Assembly (NCBI GenBank): GCA_963745975.1
Contig: CAVUZJ010000018.1
Location: forward strand, 119,715-183,714
Length of the DNA stretch: 64,000 bases
Direction: 5' to 3'
Source of the DNA: an uncultured Pseudomonadota bacterium
GTDB taxonomy: Bacteria; Pseudomonadota; Alphaproteobacteria; Acetobacterales; Acetobacteraceae
Shown here: positions 18,141-27,686 of the stretch, in pieces
Layout: every line of letters begins with the position of its first letter
Position numbering within the stretch: position 1 is the first letter of the stretch
Notes under the pieces: generated by a model
The model's input: the letters and a program-made list of their open reading frames with translations, nothing else
The model's database searches: none
What the model was told of the DNA's origin: nothing
Position numbers and translations under genes: made by a program

Positions 18141-19106
18141 TCATTCGTTCGGCACCCCTTGCTCCGCCAAGGCGGTTTGAGCCGGCCAACGCATCGCCGC
18201 CAGCGCGAGGCATCGCTCGCCTCCCCCGACATACGGCATGTAAAGAGTGCCCCCCTCCACATACACGGCCGGATCCCGCAGCTCCCGAACCGGGTGATGG
18301 CACTCGCCCGGAGTCGAGGCAACGAGCGGCAGCGATCCTCCCTCGTAATGCTCGCTTGGCGTGAGCAAGGTACGCAGGAAGCCCGCCTGCCACTCCGAGT
18401 CCCGTTTCGCGAGGTTGATACAGCCGACGAGGATGGATTCCGGCCTCCCGCCGATCATTGAGCAGAACACGAGCGCAGAGGTCCCGATAACCGCTACGGC
18501 CGAGTGCCGGGTCTGCCGCGGAAGAACGGATGAAGTCGGCTCGAAGCCCGTCAAGCCGTCTTCGGACCTGAGCAGGGTTCCCGGCATGACGAGCGCGTAC
18601 CAGCCGTTTGCGTGCCGGAAAACACGCCAGTACGGGATACCGACATCGCGGCGTTCCATCCGAAACGTGAGCCCGTCCTTGCTGAGTGCCACGGACTCGG
18701 TTTGCTCGGAAAGCCCGGTGCCGTCACCGCCGTGAAAATACATGCGGACCTGCCGGCTCAGCGGATCGGCGATCACGTCCGGAGAGGCGATATGGTCGCG
18801 GTAGTGCGTGTCAGCCAGTGTCAGCACAGGATCGGGATGAACCCGCCACGGCCCGGTGAGCGCGTCGCTCGCAGCCAGCCAGATGGCCCTGCCGCGATGC
18901 TGGGAGAAATAGAGGTAATAGGCTCCGAGCCTCCTGTCCGACCACGAGGGCGCGCGGATCAAGGCGGGGCCATTGATATTCGATTTGTGTGGATACTCCG
19001 CCGAACCGACGGCGAGCATGGGTCCGAGCCGCCGTGGCGAGAGCGCGTCGACGAGCCTGCAACCCGGTGCGGCGTGGCTCCCTTGCCGCGCAGCGCGCTC
19101 ATCCAA
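18141..19106 (-). CDS. Hypothetical protein, GH43/32/68-like beta-propeller-type sequence
   Basis: NGPALIRAPSW...YYLYFSQHRGRAIWLAASDALTGPWRV and later DPAVYVEGGTLYMPY resemble five-bladed propeller glycosidase-fold proteins (from memory, weak). ATG 19106 overlaps the upstream ATPase stop by 8 nt. The alternative start is Met30 at 19019. Confidence 0.55.
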   Translation of the reverse strand: MDERAARQGSHAAPGCRLVDALSPRRLGPMLAVGSAEYPHKSNINGPALIRAPSWSDRRLGAYYLYFSQHRGRAIWLAASDALTGPWRVHPDPVLTLADTHYRDHIASPDVIADPLSRQVRMYFHGGDGTGLSEQTESVALSKDGLTFRMERRDVGIPYWRVFRHANGWYALVMPGTLLRSEDGLTGFEPTSSVLPRQTRHSAVAVIGTSALVFCSMIGGRPESILVGCINLAKRDSEWQAGFLRTLLTPSEHYEGGSLPLVASTPGECHHPVRELRDPAVYVEGGTLYMPYVGGGERCLALAAMRWPAQTALAEQGVPNE

Positions 19107-19848
19107 GGCCGCTCACCTCCCGGCTGAAGCGGCGCAGGAATTCCCGCCCCCGTTCGGTGCTGGGTCCTGCAAAGAACTGCCGGCAGTCCGTCTCCTCGCG
19201 GATCTTGCCCTGGTCCATGAGGACAACCCGGTCGGCCACTTCGCGTGCGAAGGCCATCTCGTGAGTGGCGATCAGCATGGTCATGCCATGCTCCGCGATT
19301 TCCCTGATGACGGCAAGCACATCTCCCACGGTTTCGGGATCCAGCGCAGAGGTGGGTTCATCGAACAGCATCAGCTCGGGCCTGAGCGCGAGCGCGCGCG
19401 CGATGGCCACCCGCTGCTGCTGTCCTCCCGAAAGCTCGCCGGGATATCGGTGCGCGAATTCACCCATGCCCACCGACTCGAGACTCTGTATGGCGATCGT
19501 CCTGGCCTCGCTCGCCGACATCCGTTGGACATGCCTGAGGGCAGTTGCCACGTTTCGCAGAGCGTTGATGTGCGGGTAAAGGTTGAAGCTTTGGAAGACC
19601 ATCCCGACCGGCATCCGCTTGTGCGCGATCGCGGGCTCGCCTTGCGTGGGGAGCCCGGCGATCTCCACCGTTCCGCCGTCCGGAGGCTCCAGGCCGGAGA
19701 CGCAACGAAGCAAAGTGCTCTTGCCCGATCCGCTGGAGCCGATGAGAGCGACGACCTCGCCTTTGCTGACTTCCAGGGAGACGCCGTCGAGTGCCGGATG
19801 ATCGGCGAATCGTTTGCGCAGGTCGCGTATCGTGAGCACGCGCTCCAT
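19099..19848 (-). CDS. Polar amino acid ABC transporter ATP-binding protein
   Basis: Start MERVLTIRDL at 19848. Walker A GSSGSGKST, signature LSGGQQQRVAIARAL, Walker B LMLFDEPTSALD, H-loop ATHEM. Confidence 0.93.
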   Translation of the reverse strand: MERVLTIRDLRKRFADHPALDGVSLEVSKGEVVALIGSSGSGKSTLLRCVSGLEPPDGGTVEIAGLPTQGEPAIAHKRMPVGMVFQSFNLYPHINALRNVATALRHVQRMSASEARTIAIQSLESVGMGEFAHRYPGELSGGQQQRVAIARALALRPELMLFDEPTSALDPETVGDVLAVIREIAEHGMTMLIATHEMAFAREVADRVVLMDQGKIREETDCRQFFAGPSTERGREFLRRFSREVSGLG

Positions 19849-19855
19849 CGGCCCG

Positions 19856-20587
19856 CTACCAGCTTCCTCGGAACGACAACATTCCGGCCCAGCCACGGTG
19901 CGCTCTCTTGGGCCGGGACGCCTGAGTGCCAGGCACCCGCACTGCCCGTTCGATGAGATGCTGCGCCGCCGTCCAGACACCAGTCATTGCCAGGTAGTAG
20001 GCCGCGGCAACAGAGTAGATCACCAGGAACTGGAAGGTTGCGTCGGCGGCCTCTTGAGTGACGCGAAACAGCTCGCTCATCGAGATGACGGAAACCAGAG
20101 AGGTATATTTGAACATGCCGTTGATCTGGTTGCCGATGGTCGGAATCACGAGACGCATGGCTTGGGGAATGATCAACACGCCCATCGCCTGCCAGTAACC
20201 GAAGCCCGTGACCCGTGCGGCCTCCCGCTGCCCGACGGGGATGGATTCAAGACCTGCGCGAATCACCTCCGCCTCATAGGCACCCTCATTGACGCAAAGG
20301 GTGATCAGAGCCGCTTCCGCGACGCTCAGCCTGATACCCCATAGCGGCAGGACCGTGTAAACGAAGACCAGTTGAAGGAGCAGCGGCGTCCCGCGGATCA
20401 GGGTCGTGTAGGCAGAGTATATCAGGCGAAAAATCGGGTTCCCGGCTTCGTGGAGAACGGCAAACACCAGGCCGATGATGATCGCACCGCCCATGGAGGC
20501 AAAGGTAAGCCATACGGTGGTCAGGGCCGCATGGACGAACTCGCGCGATGCGGCATAGTGCCAGAATAGATTCCAGGTCCATGTCAT
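19856..20587 (-). CDS. Polar amino acid ABC transporter permease (His/Glu/Gln/Arg/opine family)
   Basis: RGTPLLLQLVFVY and the EAA-like loop EAEVIRAGLESIPVGQREAARVTG. Confidence 0.9.
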   Translation of the reverse strand: MTWTWNLFWHYAASREFVHAALTTVWLTFASMGGAIIIGLVFAVLHEAGNPIFRLIYSAYTTLIRGTPLLLQLVFVYTVLPLWGIRLSVAEAALITLCVNEGAYEAEVIRAGLESIPVGQREAARVTGFGYWQAMGVLIIPQAMRLVIPTIGNQINGMFKYTSLVSVISMSELFRVTQEAADATFQFLVIYSVAAAYYLAMTGVWTAAQHLIERAVRVPGTQASRPKRAHRGWAGMLSFRGSW

Positions 20588-20700
20588 CTTCGGCTTGCCG
20601 GCTCAGGGAGCGACGCGATCCCGCGACGCGCGACGCAGCACCTCATCGGCTCTGCGGGCGAGCCCTCCCACGGCGGCCGGGAGGGCTGGCCAACGGCGAC

Positions 20701-21630
20701 TCAGTTCTTCAGTTCTTCCGAGCCCAGGTTCCACTTGGCAAGGATCCTCGCATATGTGCCGTTGGCCTGCAGCTTCTTCAACGCCGCCTGGAGCTTCTGT
20801 TGCAGCGCGCTGTCGTCCTTTCGAAGCGCGATGCCCACCTCCTTGGGTTTGATGCCCTGAAACGCCATAGAAGTCTTCGTGGGCTGCTTTTGGACGTAGT
20901 AGGCCATGATCGGCGCGTCGCCCACGACCACGTCGGCCCGGCCGTTCAACAGTTGGGCAAAGGCATCTGCGATCGTATTGAAGGTCCTCACATCGACCGG
21001 CTTCTTGCCCGCCTTCGTGCATGCGGCACTCTGCTGCTCGACGACCGTCTGATACACGGACCCGAGCAGCTCGGCCGCGTCCAGACCACAAATGTCGCCT
21101 GGACCCTTTACTTGCTTCGGGTTTCCGTACTGGACCGCCGCGCCTTCGCTGTCGAGCCGGTACGGGACGAAGTTCACGACGTTCTGCCGCGCGGGCGTGA
21201 TGTCGACCGAGCTGCAGGCAGCGTCGATCCGCCCGGCGTTCAACGCGGCGATCAGGCTGCCGAAGTCGAGGTTCGACCAGGTCGCTTTCGCGCCCATCGC
21301 CTGCGCGAGCGCATTGCACAGCTCGTAGTCGGACCCTGACATCTTTCCATCGATCATGACCTGGCCGGGCGGCTCGGTGAAGTCGGCGCCGAACGCGATC
21401 GCCGCATCTCTGGCGGCAGCACTGCTGCGCGCCGTGCTGCCCGCGATCGCCAGCATGACGATCGCCGAGCCCACCACGAAGCGGCGAGACCACGGCGATC
21501 TCTCCCCTTTTGGCGACACGGGCTCTTCGTGGCTTCGGCGGATGGCGATCATCCCAGACCTTGCAGCCGCAGTCTCGGGCGCAGTCATGTCCAACCCTCC
21601 AGGTCCTTTCGGGACGTTTCGCTTCGGCAA
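20701..21630 (-). CDS. Family 3 (polar amino acid) ABC substrate-binding protein
   Basis: Signal-like RRFVVGSAIVMLAIAGS, then MIDGKMSGSDYELCNALAQAMG...LIAALNAGRIDAACSSVDITPAR...GIALRKDD...ILAKW. Start uncertain (Mets at 21630, 21588, 21552). Confidence 0.85.
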   Translation of the reverse strand: MPKRNVPKGPGGLDMTAPETAAARSGMIAIRRSHEEPVSPKGERSPWSRRFVVGSAIVMLAIAGSTARSSAAARDAAIAFGADFTEPPGQVMIDGKMSGSDYELCNALAQAMGAKATWSNLDFGSLIAALNAGRIDAACSSVDITPARQNVVNFVPYRLDSEGAAVQYGNPKQVKGPGDICGLDAAELLGSVYQTVVEQQSAACTKAGKKPVDVRTFNTIADAFAQLLNGRADVVVGDAPIMAYYVQKQPTKTSMAFQGIKPKEVGIALRKDDSALQQKLQAALKKLQANGTYARILAKWNLGSEELKN

Positions 21631-21790
21631 TCGGTAGCGTAAGCGAACATGCTATGGTCGTCGGGACTGGTCAACCGGCCCTGGGGGCGCCCGGTGGCCG
21701 GTCTGTTCGGGACCAGGGCCTATAGCTCGGCGTGCAGGTCAGGTGACTTCATCCAGCCAAGGCAGCGGCGCGGATGACGGGAACGAAGCT

Positions 21791-22096
21791 CTACCCCACC
21801 TCTCCGAGCCTGAGATTCCAACGTGTCATGCGTACGGTCGAAAGGATGCCGGACCGGGTCCATGGGTCAGCCGCGAGGCGTTCGTCGATTTCGTCCGCGT
21901 CGTCGGCCCGGAATACGAGGAGGACCTCGCCGGTCCCCTCGAGCGGTCCGCCCAGGCGGGCGAGGCCTTCGGCCTCCAGTGCGTTCATGAAGAGCCGATG
22001 GCCCTCCCAATCGGGCTGCGATTCGAGCGGCTTTCGGGGATCATAGGGTGGGCCATACCGGCGGATCACAACGAAGAGACTTCTTCCACTTTCCAT
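21791..22096 (-). CDS. YciI-like family protein
   Basis: 101 aa. LFVVIRRYGP...QPDWEGHRLFMNALEAEGLARLGGPL...LAADPW fits the YCII-related domain pattern. Confidence 0.7.
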   Translation of the reverse strand: MESGRSLFVVIRRYGPPYDPRKPLESQPDWEGHRLFMNALEAEGLARLGGPLEGTGEVLLVFRADDADEIDERLAADPWTRSGILSTVRMTRWNLRLGEVG

Positions 22097-22306
22097 CGTG
22101 CCTCCCGCTTTTATGAGCGGCCGTCTTGCCTCTTGTTTCGAAGCCGCGCCGGACGAGCCATGATCATAGATGGTTTATGCGGAGAGTGAGAAGCTGAGCC
22201 GGAGCCGTCTGAATGACGCAAGCAGCTTCTACATCCCGGTGACGCTACGGCCTGGAATTTCCGGCACTCCCTCGCGCCGCCCGGGGAGGCGGCGCAGGAT
22301 GAAGCC

Positions 22307-23515
22307 ATGGACGCGATCGGGATCGATCTCGGCACGTCGGACGTGAAGGCGGTCCTGCTCGGCGAAGAGGGCGCGGTGCGGGCGGAGGCCACGGCGCCGC
22401 TTTCGCTCTCGCACCCCGCGCCGCTCCGGAGCGAGCAGGTGCCGAAGGATTGGTGGGCGGCGACCGGCGCGGCGATGGCCGGCCTTCGCGGGCGGGCGGA
22501 TCTTTCGCGGGTGCGCGCGGTCGGGCTTGCGGGGCAGATGCACGGTGCGGTGCTGCTGGACCGCGCGGAAAGAGTGCTGCGCCCGGCGATTCTCTGGAAC
22601 GACGGGCGCTCGGGCGCGGAATGCGCTTCACTCGATCCGCTCGCGCGGCGGATCGCGGGCAATCCGGCCATGCCCGGCTTCACCGCGCCGAAGCTACTGT
22701 GGGTGCGGCGCCATGAACCGGAGATATTCGCCGCGACCGCGCGCGTGCTGCTGCCGAAGGACTGGCTCCGGCTTCGCATGACGGGCGAAGCGGTCACCGA
22801 CATGTCGGACGCATCGGGGACGCTGTGGCTGGATGTCGCGGCGCGGCGCTGGTCGGCCGAGCTTCTGGCGGCGTGCGGGCTTTCCGAGCGGGCGATGCCG
22901 CTTCTGGCGGAAGGGACCGAGGCTACGGGCGCGGTGCGGGGCGAGGTCGCGCGCGCGTGGGGGATTGCGGAGGGCGCGGTGGTCGCGGCCGGGGGCGGCG
23001 ACAATGCGCCGGCTTCGGTGGGGCTCGGCTGCATAGCGCCTGGGGCGGGGCGGCCGGGACTCCTGGGGCCGGTGTTCCTTCCGTATCTCGCCGGGGAGCG
23101 GACGCCGCATAACGACCCGACCGCGACGGGCGTGTTCTTCGGGCTCGAGACGGCGACGACGCGCGCGGATCTCACCCGCGCGGTGCTCGAGGGCGTTGCC
23201 TTCGCGCTCGCCGACGGGCTCGACGCGCTGGAAGAGAAGGGTGGGCGGATCGCAGCATTTTCGGTGACGGGCGGCGGGGCGCGAAGCGCGCTCTGGGGCC
23301 GCATTCTCGCAGCCGCGCTCGGGCGGCGGCTCGTCTATCACGAGGGCGGCGATGTCGGGCCCGCCCTCGGCGCGGCACGGCTCGGGCTGATCGCGGCGGG
23401 GGCCGGGACGGCGAGCGAGATCTGCGCGGCGCCGAAGGTCACGCACGTGCAGGAGCCGGAGGCCGAGCTCACGGAGGGATTGGCGCGCCGGCGGGCGCTT
23501 TTCCGCAGGCTCTAG
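22307..23515 (+). CDS. xylB: Xylulokinase-like FGGY kinase with an internal in-frame deletion of about 80 aa
   Basis: MDAIGIDLGTSDVKAVLL, GLAGQMHGAVLLD, LRPAILWNDGR, PGFTAPKLLWVRRHEPEIF, GGGDNA, FLPYLAGERTPHNDP, GGGARS, GDVGPALGAARL. It is collinear with E. coli XylB (from memory) except that the segment carrying SLGTSG is missing. Confidence 0.8.
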   Translation: MDAIGIDLGTSDVKAVLLGEEGAVRAEATAPLSLSHPAPLRSEQVPKDWWAATGAAMAGLRGRADLSRVRAVGLAGQMHGAVLLDRAERVLRPAILWNDGRSGAECASLDPLARRIAGNPAMPGFTAPKLLWVRRHEPEIFAATARVLLPKDWLRLRMTGEAVTDMSDASGTLWLDVAARRWSAELLAACGLSERAMPLLAEGTEATGAVRGEVARAWGIAEGAVVAAGGGDNAPASVGLGCIAPGAGRPGLLGPVFLPYLAGERTPHNDPTATGVFFGLETATTRADLTRAVLEGVAFALADGLDALEEKGGRIAAFSVTGGGARSALWGRILAAALGRRLVYHEGGDVGPALGAARLGLIAAGAGTASEICAAPKVTHVQEPEAELTEGLARRRALFRRL

Positions 23516-23697
23516 CCGGAGCTACACGCGGCGTTTGCCGCGCGGCTGTAGCGAGGCTGCCGCCCTTGCGGGAGCTTGAACCGGCGGGCGAAAGCGTCGA
23601 AGGTGAGCCAGGCGGGTCGGGCCCTGTTGTCGGGAGCTTGGGCCTGCCGAATTCGGGAAAACGAGACCGGGACGCCGGCCGAAAAAGGGGAAACGCG

Positions 23698-24732
23698 ATG
23701 CAGACCGGAAGACTTTCTCGCCGCGCGCTGGTCTCGGGCGCCACCGTTCTCGGGGTCGCGAGCATGGTTCGGCGCGCCGCGGCCGCGCCGCTCGCTATCC
23801 GCGTCGGCTGGGCGACCATGCCGGGCCACCTGATCCCGGTTCTGTTCGCGAACCCTCCCCAGCAGGGCCTCCGGCACTACGGCAAATCCTATACGGTGCG
23901 GCCGATCCTGTTTCGCGGCTCCTCGCCCCAGCTCACGGCGATGGCAGGCGACGAGCTCGACTTCTTCGCCTCCGCCGCCTCGACGCTTGCACTCGGCGTC
24001 ACCAACGCGCATCTCGACCTCCAAGTCGTCTCGGACATCATCCAGGACGGCGTGCCCGGCTGGCACTCGGACACCTGGCTCGTGAAAAAAGACGGCCCGA
24101 TCCGCAAGATCGAGGACCTCAAGGGCAAGCGGATCGCCACCAACGCCATCGGGTCCGCCTCCGACACCGCGATGCGCGCGCTCCTGCTCGAGCACGGGCT
24201 GCGTGATAGGCGCAATTACGTAACGATCCAGGCCTCCTTCACCGCCATGCCCTCGCTCCTCGAGAAGGGCGAGGTCGATTGCGCGATCATTCTGATGCCA
24301 GAGCTCGCCGAGATGCTGAGGGGCGGGAAGTACCGCGCCCTCTTCGACGCGCGTGACATCTTCGGCGCCTCGGAGACCGTCTTCCTTGCCGCGCGCGCCT
24401 CCTATCTCAGGAAGAACAGAGAAGCGGTCGCCGATTTTACGGAGGATTGGGTCCGCTCGCGCCGGTGGTTCATGGCGCCGGCGAACCATGCGGCGGCGAT
24501 CGGCATCATCGCCCGCTTCATGCATCTTCCGGAATCCGAACTCGAATATGTCTTCACCCACGAGGACTATTACCGCGACCCGTGGAGCCGGCCGAACATT
24601 CCGGGCGTGCAAACGCCGATCGACATCGCGCACCGGATCGGCGTGCTCAAGGAGGCCATCACGGTGGCGCCGGCGCACGCGGACCTCAGCTTCCTCGACG
24701 AGGCGAAGAAGCGGATCACGGAACCCTCATGA
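23698..24732 (+). CDS. NMT1/THI5-like (NitT/TauT family) ABC substrate-binding protein with a Tat-type signal
   Basis: Start MQTGRLSRRALVSGATVLGVASMVRRAAA at 23698. It is followed by an ATPase and two permeases of the NitT/TauT type. Confidence 0.8.
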   Translation: MQTGRLSRRALVSGATVLGVASMVRRAAAAPLAIRVGWATMPGHLIPVLFANPPQQGLRHYGKSYTVRPILFRGSSPQLTAMAGDELDFFASAASTLALGVTNAHLDLQVVSDIIQDGVPGWHSDTWLVKKDGPIRKIEDLKGKRIATNAIGSASDTAMRALLLEHGLRDRRNYVTIQASFTAMPSLLEKGEVDCAIILMPELAEMLRGGKYRALFDARDIFGASETVFLAARASYLRKNREAVADFTEDWVRSRRWFMAPANHAAAIGIIARFMHLPESELEYVFTHEDYYRDPWSRPNIPGVQTPIDIAHRIGVLKEAITVAPAHADLSFLDEAKKRITEPS

Positions 24733-25553
24733 ACGACGTGCCGGCGCGGCCCGCCGAGGAAGCGGGGATCGTCATCGAGCACCTCTCGCACACCTATGCA
24801 CCCGAGGCGGGGACGGGGGTGCTGGCGCTCGACGACGTTTCGCTCACGGTGAAGCGGGGAAGCTTCCACGCTTTGCTCGGGCCAAGCGGTTGCGGCAAGA
24901 GCACCCTCCTCTTTTGCATCGGCGGGTTCCTGCCGCTTCAGGCCGGGCGGATCCGCACGGCACGCGGGCCGGTCACCGGGCCGGGGCCGGAGCGCGGCGT
25001 GGTCTTTCAGAACTTCGCCCTGTTCCCCTGGAAGACGGTGCGCGAGAACGTGCTCTACGGCATCGGCAAGCGCGGCATCCGCGGGACGGCGGCAAGAGAG
25101 ATTGCGCAGCACTTCATCGATCTCGTCCATCTCACCGGCTTCGAGGGAAGCTTTCCCTCGCAGCTCTCGGGCGGGATGCAGCAGCGCGCGGCGCTGGCCC
25201 GCACGCTCGCCGCCGAGCCGGACGTCCTGCTCATGGACGAGCCGTTCGGCGCGCTCGACGCGCAGACGCGCCGGATCATGCAGGAGGAGCTGCTGGCGAT
25301 CTGGCGGCAGACGGAGAAGACGGTCGTCTTCGTCACCCACGACGTCGCCGAGGCGGTCTATCTCGCGGACGCGATCTCGGTGATGAGCGCGCGGCCCGGG
25401 CGCATCCGCGAGACCGTGGCGGCCGGCTTCAACCGCGACCCCGATCCGGCTGTGGTCAGGCGCCCGGCCTTCACCGACCTGGTCGAGCTTCTCTGGGAGC
25501 TGGTCAAGAGCGAGGTGGAGGCGTGCCGTCCGGCTTTGGCGAGCGTCGCGTGA
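24729..25553 (+). CDS. NitT/TauT family ABC transporter ATP-binding protein
   Basis: ATGA overlap with the SBP stop. Walker A GPSGCGKST, VFQNFALFPW, LSGGMQQRAALARTL, LLMDEPFGALD. Confidence 0.93.
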   Translation: MNDVPARPAEEAGIVIEHLSHTYAPEAGTGVLALDDVSLTVKRGSFHALLGPSGCGKSTLLFCIGGFLPLQAGRIRTARGPVTGPGPERGVVFQNFALFPWKTVRENVLYGIGKRGIRGTAAREIAQHFIDLVHLTGFEGSFPSQLSGGMQQRAALARTLAAEPDVLLMDEPFGALDAQTRRIMQEELLAIWRQTEKTVVFVTHDVAEAVYLADAISVMSARPGRIRETVAAGFNRDPDPAVVRRPAFTDLVELLWELVKSEVEACRPALASVA

Positions 25554-26293
25554 GGGGAATATTCGTCCGCTATGCGCCGCTCTTGATCATTGCCCTGATC
25601 TGGGAGGCGGTCACGCGGCTCGGCCTCGTCTCCGGCACGCTGCTGCCGCCCTTCTCCACGGTTCTTGTCTCGTTCGTGACGCTGCTGCGCGACGGCACCC
25701 TCGTTCCCAATGCGCTCGCCTCGCTCATGCGCGGCGCGGCGGGGCTCGCGCTCGCGATCGCCGGGGGATCGGCACTCGGCGCGGGAATGGCGCTCAGCCC
25801 GCGCGTCGATACCGCGGTGGGCCCGCTCGTGCAGGCCTTCTACCCGCTGCCGAAAACCGCGCTGGTGCCGCTGGTGATGGTCTGGTTCGGCCTCGGCGAT
25901 ACGGCGAAGATCGTGCTGATCTTCCTGGGCTGCCTGCTGCCCGTGATCCTCGGCACCTATTACGGGATCAAGGGCGTTGACCGCGTGCTCGCCTGGTCGG
26001 CGCGGAGCCTCGGCGCCTCGCGCCGCGAAGTGGTGCGGGAGGTCCTGTTCCCCGCCGCCATGCCGCAGATCCTGACCGGGCTGCGCACGGCCACGGCCTT
26101 CGCGTTCCTGCTGATGGTCGCCTCCGAGCTGATCATCGCCAATAACGGGCTTGGCTATCTGATCGGCTCGCTCGGCGACGATGGTGCTTACCCCGCGATG
26201 TTCGCTTCGATCCTCACGGTCACCGCCCTCGGCTTCCTTGCCGACCGTGGGTTCGCCGCACTTTCGCGCCGCCTGCTGCGCTGGCGCGCGTGA
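25550..26293 (+). CDS. NitT/TauT family ABC transporter permease 1
   Basis: GTG at 25550 (GTGA overlap with the ATPase stop). TM-rich, with the EAA-like loop AWSARSLGASRREVVREVLFPAAMPQILTGLR. Confidence 0.88.
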   Translation: MRGIFVRYAPLLIIALIWEAVTRLGLVSGTLLPPFSTVLVSFVTLLRDGTLVPNALASLMRGAAGLALAIAGGSALGAGMALSPRVDTAVGPLVQAFYPLPKTALVPLVMVWFGLGDTAKIVLIFLGCLLPVILGTYYGIKGVDRVLAWSARSLGASRREVVREVLFPAAMPQILTGLRTATAFAFLLMVASELIIANNGLGYLIGSLGDDGAYPAMFASILTVTALGFLADRGFAALSRRLLRWRA

Positions 26294-27072
26294 GCGGGAG
26301 CAGCAAGCTCAAGCGGCTCCGCCGGGCCGCGCTTCGCTCGGTCTCCTTCCTCGTGCTGCTGGCGCTGTGGGAGATCGCGAGCCGGTTCGATTTGATCCGC
26401 CCGTTCCTGCTGCCGCCGCTCACCTCGGTTCTCGCCCGGCTCGAGAGCGATCTCGTCTCCGGCGCCTTCGCGCTCAATGCCGGGCTCACGCTCTACCGCA
26501 CGCTCACGGGCTTCGCGCTCGCCTCGCTGGTCGGCGTCCCGCTCGGCATCCTGATCTCGCGCCACCGCCTCGTGGGCTGGTTCGTCGAGCCGATCGTCTC
26601 GGTGGGATTCCCGATGCCGACGATCGCCTTCCTGCCGATCTTCATGCTCTGGTTCGGCGTCTTCGATCTTTCGAAGATCGTGATGACGGCGTTCTCCGCC
26701 GTCTTCACCGTGATCGCCGCGGCGGATGGGGGAACGCGCGGCGTCGAGCGGCACCTGGTGTGGTCGGCCGAGAGCCTCGGCGCGCGGCATGGCGATGTGT
26801 TCCTCGAGGTGATGCTGCCGGCGGCGATGCCGCAGATCCTGACCGGCTTGCAGGTGGCGCTGCCGCTTGCGCTGATCGTCGAGGTGGCCTCGGAAATGCT
26901 GATGGGCGGCGCCGGCCTCGGGGGCATGATGGTGCAGGCGGCGAGCTATGCCGATTCGGCGGGCGTCTATGCGGGCATCGTCGAGACCGCCGCGGTGGGC
27001 GCCGTGGCGGTTGCCCTCATGGCGCGGCTGCGCCGGCGTGTGCTGCGCTGGCACCCGGAAGCCGCGCGATGA
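26290..27072 (+). CDS. NitT/TauT family ABC transporter permease 2
   Basis: GTG start overlapping the previous stop. VWSAESLGARHGDVFLEVMLPAAMPQILTGLQ. Confidence 0.88.
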   Translation: MSGSSKLKRLRRAALRSVSFLVLLALWEIASRFDLIRPFLLPPLTSVLARLESDLVSGAFALNAGLTLYRTLTGFALASLVGVPLGILISRHRLVGWFVEPIVSVGFPMPTIAFLPIFMLWFGVFDLSKIVMTAFSAVFTVIAAADGGTRGVERHLVWSAESLGARHGDVFLEVMLPAAMPQILTGLQVALPLALIVEVASEMLMGGAGLGGMMVQAASYADSAGVYAGIVETAAVGAVAVALMARLRRRVLRWHPEAAR

Positions 27073-27686
27073 GCGAACGGCTTTTCTACGCGCTCGACCG
27101 GATGCCGCGCGCCGCCGTTGCCGACCGGCTGCCCTCGGTGCCGCTGGGCGCGGCGCCCATTCATTTCGGTACAGAACCGATGCCGCCGGACGCGATGCCC
27201 AAAGGCGGCGATCATGCGGCGCGGCTCGAGGCGGCGCGCGCCTGGCTCGTCGGGCAGTGCGGCGCTTACGCGCCGCTCCGCGCGCGCTTCGTCGCTTCCT
27301 ATTTCGCGTGGATCGCGGCCGAGATCGCGGCGCATCGGGACGCGCTTGCCGCGCGCCTCGGGCGCTTCGGCGGACTGTACGCGCCGGAAGACTGGGCGTG
27401 GTCCGCGCTCAGGCCCCTGCCCCGCGCGCTCGTGCCGGAACCGGTGGACTTCGCCTTCTGGGACGGCGCGGCGCTGACCGCCATTCTGCTCGGCGAGACG
27501 AAGGCGCCGGAGAACGTGCCCACGATCCGCCTCGCTGCGGGTGATCTCGGCCCCGGCCTCGGCGCGCGATTTCCCGAGGCGTGGGGCGGATTCTGGCGCG
27601 GCGAGGTGCTGCCGGTGACGCCGTTCCGCCGGCCGATCCCACCCGCCGAAGCCGATCAGATGTCGATCGTCATCTCGAGCACGTAG
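27069..27686 (+). CDS. Hypothetical protein, translationally coupled to the ABC permease
   Basis: ATGA overlap at 27069-27072. GC3-rich codons and a balanced, W/F/Y-containing composition (MSERLFYALDRMPRAAV...FAFWDGAALTAILLGE...). No family recognised. Confidence 0.5.
   Translation: MSERLFYALDRMPRAAVADRLPSVPLGAAPIHFGTEPMPPDAMPKGGDHAARLEAARAWLVGQCGAYAPLRARFVASYFAWIAAEIAAHRDALAARLGRFGGLYAPEDWAWSALRPLPRALVPEPVDFAFWDGAALTAILLGETKAPENVPTIRLAAGDLGPGLGARFPEAWGGFWRGEVLPVTPFRRPIPPAEADQMSIVISST

Noticed and set aside
23516-23697. Possible TPP (THI-box) riboswitch upstream of the NMT1/THI5-like SBP gene
   Set aside because: I could not find the conserved CUGAGA and ACCUGAUCUGGAUAAUGCCAGCG-type blocks by eye. 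An Rfam scan would be needed to be sure.
22111-24678. Two ORFs of about 390 aa on the minus strand (22111..23304 and 23512..24678)
   Set aside because: They are antisense to xylB and to the NMT1-like SBP gene respectively, with low-complexity Ser/Ala/Pro/Arg translations.
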